64,000 nt of DNA from Bacteroidaceae bacterium. GTDB taxonomy: Bacteria > Bacteroidota > Bacteroidia > Bacteroidales > Bacteroidaceae. Of this stretch, positions 57,583-64,000 are shown piece after piece. Under the pieces are notes generated by a model that was not told the DNA's origin, ran no database searches, and worked only from the letters and a program-made list of their open reading frames with translations. The position numbers and the translations under genes are program-made. Position 1 is the stretch's first letter; every line of letters begins with the position of its first letter. The DNA lies in the NCBI GenBank assembly GCA_017540585.1, contig JAFYAT010000102.1, positions 47,221 through 111,220 of the forward strand, in the 5' to 3' direction.

Positions 57583-59835
57583 CTAAAACATCTGGCGGTA
57601 CGTACAACCTTCCTTCCAGCGTGAACAGCCGTATGCCGTCTTGCCCTTGATAATCGTACCTTGGTGGCACAACGGACAAGGCATTCCTATCATATCGTCA
57701 GGATTGTATGATGCCTTGATAGCCTCAACATCTGCCTTGACAGAAGGCTTTGTTGAAGCCTTGCCATCATTCTTAGGTCGAAATCCTGCAGGTGCCTCAC
57801 CCTTTGCCATCTGTGCAGATGGTGCGGATGTTTTTGGAGCCGCATCAGTCTTTGGCTCTGCCTTCTTCCTTGGAGTTTTCTTTTTGAGGTCTTCTTCCGT
57901 TGTGATTGCCACAGAGCGGTTGGAATTGTCGCTACGTACTGTCGTGACAATATCCGTAACCATCTGCTTGAGTTCGGCAATAAACTGACGTGCCTCGTAA
58001 GTATGATGTTCTATGTCTCTAAGTTTCTTTTCCCATTGTCCCGTGAGTTCAGCACTCTTGAGGAGTTCCTCACGGATAATGCCGATAAGCTCAACACCCG
58101 TAGGAGTAGCTATGAGGTTCTTGCGTTCCTTACGGATGTACCTGCGCTTGAACAAAGTTTCGATAATGGCAGCACGAGTAGAAGGACGACCAATACCGTT
58201 CTCCTTCATGGCGTCACGCAATTCCTCGTTATCCACAAACTTACCTGCCGTCTCCATTGCACGGAGAAGGGTTGCCTCGGTGTAAGGCTTAGGTGGTTGT
58301 GTCCATTTCTCTGCAAGAGAAGGAACATGAGGACCTGACTCGCCTTTGGAGAACGAAGGGAGCGTGTCTGCTTCCTCTGTATCAGGGCTTGCTTCATCTG
58401 CAATAGCAGCATCCTTCTTATAGATAACCTTCCAGCCGTCATCCAAGACCTTGCGTCCGCTTGTACGGAACATGACCGTCTCATTCTTTCCCGTCATAGG
58501 CACTTCGCCAAAGACGGTTGTCGTCTCAAACTTACAGTCGGGATAGAATACAGCTATGAATGCACGAGCAATAAGGTCATAGACCATTTTCTCGAAGTCG
58601 GTAAGATTGACAGCTGCCACTCCCGTAGGAATGATGGCGTGGTGGTCGGTCACCTTTGATGAGTCGAACACCTTCTTCGACTTGTTAAGTTTTGTTCCTG
58701 CAAGTGGTTGCGTAAACTGTTCATAGCCCTTTATGCCAGCAAGTATGCCCGGACACTTAGGGTAGATATCATCCGAGAGGAAAGTCGTATCTACACGTGG
58801 GTAGGTCGTAAACTTCTTCTCGTAAAGACTCTGTATGACCTGAAGCGTCTGGTCGGCAGAGAATCCGTACTTGCGGTTACAATCCACCTGAAGGGACGTA
58901 AGGTCATAGAGGCGCGGTGGTGCTTCCGAGCCTTTTTTCTTCTGAATATCGGAGATAGTCAGAGGATTATCTTTTATAGAGTCAAGAACAGCAAGACCTT
59001 CTGCCTCTGACAGGTATTCCACCTGACGGAACACAGGTCCTTTTGCCTTGACTGTCTTACCTTGTTTCTGAGCTTCTTCAGCTTCTGCCTGAGCCTCCGC
59101 TTCTGCCTCCTCATCGTGAGCAATAGCCGTGAACTTGGTGTCACGATATATGGTGGAGAGCACGAAACTCTGCTTAGGTTCAAAATTCTCTATCTCATGC
59201 TGACGACGGACAATAAGGGCAAGCGTAGGCGTCTGTACACGTCCAATGCTAAGCACCTGCTTGTTCTGTCCATATTTCATGGTGTAGAGTCGGGTTGCAT
59301 TCATGCCAAGTGTCCAGTCGCCTATGGCACGACTGAGTCCTGCCTCATAGAGTGACTGGTACTCACTCTGGTCCTTCAGAGTATTGAATCCCTCGTTGAT
59401 TGCTTCAGGAGTAAGTGAAGAAATCCAGAGACGCTTGACTGGGCACTTTGCACCTGCCTTCTGCATCACCCATCTCTGAATCAATTCTCCCTCCTGTCCG
59501 GCATCACCACAGTTGATAATGCCGTCAGCATTCTGCATGAGTTTCTCTATTACAGAGAACTGTTTCTTTATGCCATCGTCCTCCTTGAGCTTTATACCGA
59601 AACGCTCAGGAATCATAGGTAAGTCCCACACGTCCCAACGCTTCCAACGTGGCTGATATTCGTGTGGTTCTTTCAATTCGCACAGGTGACCGAATGTCCA
59701 CGTAACCTGATAGTTACCACATTGCCAATAGCCATTTGAGGTACTACGTGAATCGACCGTAATACCCTGCTTGGTGGCAAGGACATTACAGATGTCACGA
59801 GCCACCGATGGTTTCTCTGCAATACAAACAATCAT
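57583..59835 (-). CDS. topB: DNA topoisomerase III with a C-terminal zinc-ribbon
   Basis: 750 aa. Toprim start MIVCIAEKPSVARDI, type IA core and terminal CPLCHQGTIIKGKTAYGCSRWKEGC. The start overlaps the upstream gene stop (ATGA at 59832-59835). Confidence 0.92.
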   Translation of the reverse strand: MIVCIAEKPSVARDICNVLATKQGITVDSRSTSNGYWQCGNYQVTWTFGHLCELKEPHEYQPRWKRWDVWDLPMIPERFGIKLKEDDGIKKQFSVIEKLMQNADGIINCGDAGQEGELIQRWVMQKAGAKCPVKRLWISSLTPEAINEGFNTLKDQSEYQSLYEAGLSRAIGDWTLGMNATRLYTMKYGQNKQVLSIGRVQTPTLALIVRRQHEIENFEPKQSFVLSTIYRDTKFTAIAHDEEAEAEAQAEAEEAQKQGKTVKAKGPVFRQVEYLSEAEGLAVLDSIKDNPLTISDIQKKKGSEAPPRLYDLTSLQVDCNRKYGFSADQTLQVIQSLYEKKFTTYPRVDTTFLSDDIYPKCPGILAGIKGYEQFTQPLAGTKLNKSKKVFDSSKVTDHHAIIPTGVAAVNLTDFEKMVYDLIARAFIAVFYPDCKFETTTVFGEVPMTGKNETVMFRTSGRKVLDDGWKVIYKKDAAIADEASPDTEEADTLPSFSKGESGPHVPSLAEKWTQPPKPYTEATLLRAMETAGKFVDNEELRDAMKENGIGRPSTRAAIIETLFKRRYIRKERKNLIATPTGVELIGIIREELLKSAELTGQWEKKLRDIEHHTYEARQFIAELKQMVTDIVTTVRSDNSNRSVAITTEEDLKKKTPRKKAEPKTDAAPKTSAPSAQMAKGEAPAGFRPKNDGKASTKPSVKADVEAIKASYNPDDMIGMPCPLCHQGTIIKGKTAYGCSRWKEGCTYRQMF

Positions 59836-60608
59836 CCTATGTTACCTTTCTGTTGGTCATGAAGCTGTTTTGCCTGACGGAGGATGTCGCTTGAGAAGAT
59901 GAAGTCCTCAAGTTCCTTGTTCGTCGCATCCATGATATCCGTATTGGCACCCTGCCATTCTGCCCTACCCTTACAGATGAACGTGATGTTCTCACCTATG
60001 CCCATTACGGAGTTCATGTCGTGGGTGTTGACAATGGTTGTTATGTTGTCTTCATGAGTGATTCCTGAGATTAGCTCGTCTATGACGATTGATGTCTTAG
60101 GGTCAAGTCCTGAGTTTGGCTCGTCACAGAATAGATACTTTGGCTGGAGAACGATGGCACGTGCAATAGCCACACGCTTCTGCATACCTCCTGATATTTC
60201 CCCAGGGAACTTGTGTTCCGAACCTGTAAGGTTGACACGTGCAAGACAATCCTTTGCACGCTTCACACGGTCCTCGTAAGGCATGTCGGAGAACATGTCG
60301 AGCGGGAACATGACATTCTCAAGCACGTTCATGGAGTCAAAGAGAGCCGCTGCCTGAAATATCATTCCCATCTCACGACGGAGAAGAATCTTTTCCTTCT
60401 TGCCGAGTGACACGAAGTCACGTCCGTCGTAGAGAATCTGTCCCTTGGTAGGTTCAAGGAGTCCTACGATGTTCTTCATCAACACGGTTTTACCCGAACC
60501 TGACTGTCCGATAATCAGGTTCACCTTGCCGTTGTTGAACGTCGCATTTATGTCCTTGAGTACGTCCTTGTCTTCAAAGGACTTATATAAGTGTTTTAAT
60601 TCAATCAT
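59832..60608 (-). CDS. mlaF: ABC transporter ATP-binding protein (MlaF-like)
   Basis: 258 aa. Walker A GQSGSGKT, signature ISGGMQKRVAIARA and Walker B LFCDEP. It is partnered with the MlaE-like permease upstream. Confidence 0.88.
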   Translation of the reverse strand: MIELKHLYKSFEDKDVLKDINATFNNGKVNLIIGQSGSGKTVLMKNIVGLLEPTKGQILYDGRDFVSLGKKEKILLRREMGMIFQAAALFDSMNVLENVMFPLDMFSDMPYEDRVKRAKDCLARVNLTGSEHKFPGEISGGMQKRVAIARAIVLQPKYLFCDEPNSGLDPKTSIVIDELISGITHEDNITTIVNTHDMNSVMGIGENITFICKGRAEWQGANTDIMDATNKELEDFIFSSDILRQAKQLHDQQKGNIG

Positions 60609-60760
60609 CTTTCTTTGTTGTTTGTCTAATGCCTTTCGGGTGTCTTACGAACATGGCAAGCCGATACCCTTATCGTAAAAAACGCATCATTTTTGCCGTC
60701 TCTCATCCTTCGGTAACCCTTCGAGATTCTCTCGTAAGGCTTATCGTAAATTTCTGTCAA

Positions 60761-60806
60761 GAGTCAGTACTTAGTCAGTAGTGAGTCAGTACTTAGTCAG
60801 TACTTG
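60761..60806. repeat. 11-bp tandem array, unit CTTAGTCAGTA (second locus)
   Basis: GTCAGTA occurs at 60763, 60774, 60785 and 60796. The block is near-identical to 8646-8692. It lies inside the 209-nt spacer between the mlaE-like and mlaF-like genes. Confidence 0.9.
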
Positions 60807-60817
60807 AACTATGGTGA

Positions 60818-61564
60818 CTATGTAAGAATACTCGTAAGGAAGATGTCTGAGAAGAGCACGAGGATACTGCTGTGTACAACAGCATCCGTACTTGACTTTC
60901 CGACTTCCACAGAGCCGCCTTCTACCGTATAACCCTTGTATGATGACACAGATGTGATGATGAAGGCATAGACAACTGCCTTAATCATTCCGCACCAGAA
61001 GAACCACTGGTTGAACTGATAGCGGAAACCCTCGTCAAGTTCTGCCACAGACGTGTAACCCATGAGCGATGTGGCGTAAGCACCAAGAATACCTGCCATC
61101 ACGCTGAATGTAACGAGGATAGGCATGATGGTCATAAGTCCCGTAATCTTTGGGAGTATGAGATAGTTGGCTGAGTTTACACCCATGATGTCGAGGGCGT
61201 CAATCTGTTGAGTTATGCGCATTGTTCCTATCTCTGAGGCAATATTTGAGCCTACCTTACCTGCAAGGATAAGGCACATGATGGAACTTGAGAATTCGAG
61301 GAGCATAATCTCACGAGTGGTGTAACCCACGACCATGCGAGGCATCCACGGTGACTGGATGTTGAGCTTGATCTGCAGACAGATTACCGCACCTATGAAG
61401 AATGAGATAACGAGCACGATTGGAATAGAATTGTAACCGAGCTGGTACATCTCCGTTACATACTGTTTAAGGAACATTCGCATACGGTCAGGTCTTGAAC
61501 ATACGCGGCCCATAAGTTGAACATACTGCCCGAGAGCGGTCAATGATGATTTTACAGTTATCAT
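60818..61564 (-). CDS. mlaE: MlaE-family ABC transporter permease
   Basis: 248 aa, multi-TM, with the typical MlaE/DUF140 pattern (...EIGTMRITQQIDALDIMGVNS...). Confidence 0.9.
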   Translation of the reverse strand: MITVKSSLTALGQYVQLMGRVCSRPDRMRMFLKQYVTEMYQLGYNSIPIVLVISFFIGAVICLQIKLNIQSPWMPRMVVGYTTREIMLLEFSSSIMCLILAGKVGSNIASEIGTMRITQQIDALDIMGVNSANYLILPKITGLMTIMPILVTFSVMAGILGAYATSLMGYTSVAELDEGFRYQFNQWFFWCGMIKAVVYAFIITSVSSYKGYTVEGGSVEVGKSSTDAVVHSSILVLFSDIFLTSILT

Positions 61565-61583
61565 ATAAATTACATTTTCGGCA

Positions 61584-61591
61584 CAAAATTA
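61584..61591 (-). promoter_or_regulatory. Candidate -7 box (TAATTTTG on the minus strand) for the mlaE-like operon
   Basis: The plus strand CAAAATTA lies 20 nt upstream of the ATG at 61564. Confidence 0.5.
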
Positions 61592-61666
61592 GGCAAAATA
61601 CAGGAAAGTGAGGGTATTTTAACATAGTTTTTATCTTTACAAAGTGATTTATCGGTAAAGTATTCG

Positions 61667-61674
61667 TATTTTTG
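61667..61674 (+). promoter_or_regulatory. Candidate -7 box TATTTTTG for lptB
   Basis: It lies 20 nt upstream of the ATG at 61694. Confidence 0.5.
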
Positions 61675-61693
61675 TCTTCAATTTTGAATTTAT

Positions 61694-62533
61694 ATGGAAT
61701 TTGCAACTACTAACGCAGGTGACAAGGAGAGACCCGAATATTCGGACGACAGACAGACGCTCTACACCCGTCACCTTGTAAAGACATACGGAAAGAGAAC
61801 TGTAGTGAACGATGTAAGCTTCAGTGTGCGACAGGGAGAGATAGTAGGACTTCTTGGACCTAACGGTGCAGGAAAGACCACTTCCTTCTACATGACCACT
61901 GGACTTGTCATCCCTGACTCAGGAAAGACTTTCATCAACGACGAGGAAATCACACGTGACCCTGTGAGCACTCATGCACGCAAAGGCGTGGGTTATCTTG
62001 CACAGGAGGCAAGCGTGTTCCGCACCATGAGTGTGGAGGACAACATCATGACTGTGCTTGAGATGAAGTACAAGTCGAAGGAAGAACAGCGTGAGCATCT
62101 TGAGAACCTTCTCAACGAGCTTCACCTCCAGAAGGTGCGCAAGAACCTCGGTAACCGTCTCTCAGGTGGCGAGCGACGCAGATGCGAGATTGCACGATGC
62201 CTTGCCATCGACCCTAAGTTCATCATGCTCGACGAACCATTTGCGGGTGTTGACCCAATCGCGGTAGAGGACATCCAGTACATCGTGTGGAAGCTGAAGG
62301 ACAGGAACATCGGTATTCTCATCACCGACCACAACGTGCAGGAGACGCTCTGTATCACCGACCGTGCCTACCTCCTCTTTGAGGGACGCATCCTCTTCAG
62401 GGGTACTCCTCCTGAGCTTGCCGCCAATGAGATTGTACGTGACAAGTACCTCGGCTCCAACTTCGTCTATCGTCCTAAGGACTTCCACCTCGTTGAGGAG
62501 AAACGTCTCAAGGCTTACGAGAATGTAGAATAA
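61694..62533 (+). CDS. lptB: LPS export ABC transporter ATP-binding protein
   Basis: 279 aa. Walker A GPNGAGKTT, signature LSGGERRRCEIARCL and Walker B IMLDEPFAGVDP, with the LptB-type C-terminal extension. Confidence 0.9.
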   Translation: MEFATTNAGDKERPEYSDDRQTLYTRHLVKTYGKRTVVNDVSFSVRQGEIVGLLGPNGAGKTTSFYMTTGLVIPDSGKTFINDEEITRDPVSTHARKGVGYLAQEASVFRTMSVEDNIMTVLEMKYKSKEEQREHLENLLNELHLQKVRKNLGNRLSGGERRRCEIARCLAIDPKFIMLDEPFAGVDPIAVEDIQYIVWKLKDRNIGILITDHNVQETLCITDRAYLLFEGRILFRGTPPELAANEIVRDKYLGSNFVYRPKDFHLVEEKRLKAYENVE

Positions 62534-62765
62534 GTTTTTATGTTTATGAGTTTTTTAGTTTTTATGTTCTCGCGGAAATCTTCTCCGTGAAACTCACAAA
62601 CGAAAAAACTCACAAACATAAAACTAAAAATAAAAAGTTGAGTTGAGAAGTTAAGAGTTAGAAAGTATATAAGTCAAGACAATATTTTCTTTAATTTTCG
62701 TTTCTCTTTACTTCGCGAGAACATAAAAACTCACAAACTTAAAAACTTATAAACTCAAAAAATAG
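62534..62765. repeat. A-rich inverted-array intergenic element (lptB-rsfS spacer)
   Basis: A perfect 18-bp inverted repeat, AGTTTTTATGTTCTCGCG (62557-62574) with CGCGAGAACATAAAAACT (62714-62731), flanks 139 bp. A nested inverted pair lies at 62534-62556 and 62604-62628. Blocks shared with 51768-52050 are GAAGTTAAGAGTTA, AAGTATATAAGT and AAAAACTCACAAACATAA. Confidence 0.88.
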
Positions 62766-63119
62766 ATGACAAAGAAACTTATTGATGCAGTAATTGAAGG
62801 AATTCAGGAAAAGAAAGGTCACAACATTGTAGTGGTTGACCTCTCTGAGATTTACGATACATTAACAAACTATCTCATTATCTGCGAAGGCAACTCACCA
62901 ACTCAGGTTGCAGCAATAACAGACTCCGTAAAGGAGTTTGCACGCAAGAAGGCTGGAGCAAAGCCAACTGCCACAGACGGAACACTAAACAATATCTGGG
63001 TGGCTCTCGACTACTCAGAGGTGGCTGTTCACATCTTCGTGCCAGATGCCCGCGAATACTACGACCTTGAGGGACTCTGGGAGGATGCTAAGATAGAAGA
63101 AATACCAAACCTTGATTAA
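62766..63119 (+). CDS. rsfS: Ribosome silencing factor
   Basis: 117 aa. RsfS/Iojap pattern (KKGHNIVVVDL...YLIICEGNSPTQV...WVALDYSEVAVHIF). Confidence 0.9.
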   Translation: MTKKLIDAVIEGIQEKKGHNIVVVDLSEIYDTLTNYLIICEGNSPTQVAAITDSVKEFARKKAGAKPTATDGTLNNIWVALDYSEVAVHIFVPDAREYYDLEGLWEDAKIEEIPNLD

Positions 63120-63128
63120 AAAAGATTG

Positions 63129-64000
63129 ATGGATAAAAAGGAAATGAACGAGGAGATGCAGCAACTACAGCGCGACTCCGAAGAAAAGAATAAGGAGAAG
63201 ACGGAGCAGCAAGGGGGCGACAAGACGCCTAAGCCACGCTTCAACTTCACCTGGCTCTATGTGATACTCATCGCCGGCATTGTCGTGATGTTCTTCACAA
63301 GAAAAGAGTCAAACGTAACAAAGAACATAGATTACACTCACTTCAAGGAATACGTTGAGAAGGGATTCGCAAGCGACATCATGATCAGCAAGAGCGACCT
63401 CACTCTCAACATGTACATCAAACCGGCTCACGACCGTGAGGTGTTCGGCAACAAGAACACAACATCCGCACCTCGTGCCGTACACGTGGAGATAGGTTCA
63501 ATCACCCTTGTGGAGGAATACCTCAACAAGCAGAAGGAAGAAGGCCATTTCACAGGCAATATCGGCTATGAGCAGCAGGAGGAGTTCTTCTGGAACCTTA
63601 TCATCAACTTTGCCCCAATACTTATTATAATAGGTATATGGCTCTTCATATTCCGTCGTATGGGCGGTGGCGGCATGTTTGGTGGTGCAGGAGGCATCTT
63701 CAGCGTAGGCAAGTCGAAGGCACAGCTCATCGAGGGTGAGAACGGCGACAAGGACAAGGTTACGTTCAAGGACGTAGCAGGTCAGACAGGCGCAAAGCAG
63801 GAAGTACAGGAAATCGTAGAGTTCCTCAAGAACCCTAAGAAATACACAGACCTCGGAGGTAAGATTCCTAAGGGAGCACTCCTCGTAGGTCCTCCGGGAA
63901 CAGGTAAGACACTCCTTGCCAAGGCAGTAGCAGGCGAGGCGGGCGTACCATTCTTCAGCCTTTCAGGTTCAGAGTTCGTGGAGATGTTCGTGGGAGTAGG
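63129..64000 (+). CDS. ftsH: ATP-dependent zinc metalloprotease FtsH, 5' part (runs off the window end)
   Basis: ATG at 63129. An open frame reaches the window end. It shows an N-terminal TM segment, a periplasmic region, a second TM segment, then AAA+ Walker [24 protein letters not shown]. It is absent from the ORF track because no stop lies in the window. Confidence 0.9.
   Translation, partial: MDKKEMNEEMQQLQRDSEEKNKEKTEQQGGDKTPKPRFNFTWLYVILIAGIVVMFFTRKESNVTKNIDYTHFKEYVEKGFASDIMISKSDLTLNMYIKPAHDREVFGNKNTTSAPRAVHVEIGSITLVEEYLNKQKEEGHFTGNIGYEQQEEFFWNLIINFAPILIIIGIWLFIFRRMGGGGMFGGAGGIFSVGKSKAQLIEGENGDKDKVTFKDVAGQTGAKQEVQEIVEFLKNPKKYTDLGGKIPKGALLVGPPGTGKTLLAKAVAGEAGVPFFSLSGSEFVEMFVGV

Noticed and set aside
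62575-62713. A firm call of an invertible promoter (inverton) upstream of rsfS-ftsH.
   Set aside because: The perfect 18-bp inverted repeats and an inward -7-like string are real. However, the sequence is low-complexity, so the box may be chance, and no recombinase gene is nearby. Phase variation of essential genes is also implausible. It is left as a testable side note only.

Overview
This window reads as a Bacteroidota chromosome segment, Prevotella/Segatella-like by content. The basis is two SusC/SusD pairs, three proteins with T9SS-type C-terminal sorting tails, a Bacteroidota HU-related protein, lipoproteins with acidic residues after the lipobox Cys, and TAnnTTTG -7 boxes upstream of many genes.

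Left part (1-36.3 kb), accessory glycan/glycoprotein-utilisation region:
- An AT-rich giant S8 peptidase.
- An HU-related gene preceded by a 5-copy palindromic operator-like array.
- A PL11-type rhamnogalacturonan lyase with a T9SS tail.
- An M64 peptidase followed by two tandem PF11790/GH128-like hydrolases with T9SS tails.
- A co-directional 8-gene block: FAS1 lipoprotein, SusC, SusD, FAS1, FAS1, SusC, SusD, GH28. No regulator is visible.

Right part (36.4-64 kb), mostly housekeeping:
- YidE/YbjL-type transporter and a His-rich-loop membrane protein.
- Orphan rfbB, a YfcE-like phosphoesterase and an MscS-type channel.
- TonB, polyprenyl synthase, TatD, tRNA-Ser(GGA) and exbB-X-exbD-exbD.
- thyA, folA, Lrp/AsnC, an RsmB/F-like methyltransferase and an OmpA/TPR/PD40 protein.
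- topB, mlaF-like, mlaE-like, lptB, rsfS and the ftsH 5' end.

No prophage, integrase, transposase, CRISPR or recognisable defence genes were seen.

The most unusual signal is in the noncoding DNA:
- Several unrelated short units are arrayed in a strict 11-bp (or 22/23-bp) register.
- A perfect 31-bp inverted repeat lies upstream of rfbB.
- A GC-rich REP-like palindrome family sits at gene ends.
- A-rich inverted-array elements share sequence blocks between loci.
- The tRNA-Ser 3' end is duplicated as a 22-bp repeat.

All functional calls rest on motif recognition by eye. No searches were run.
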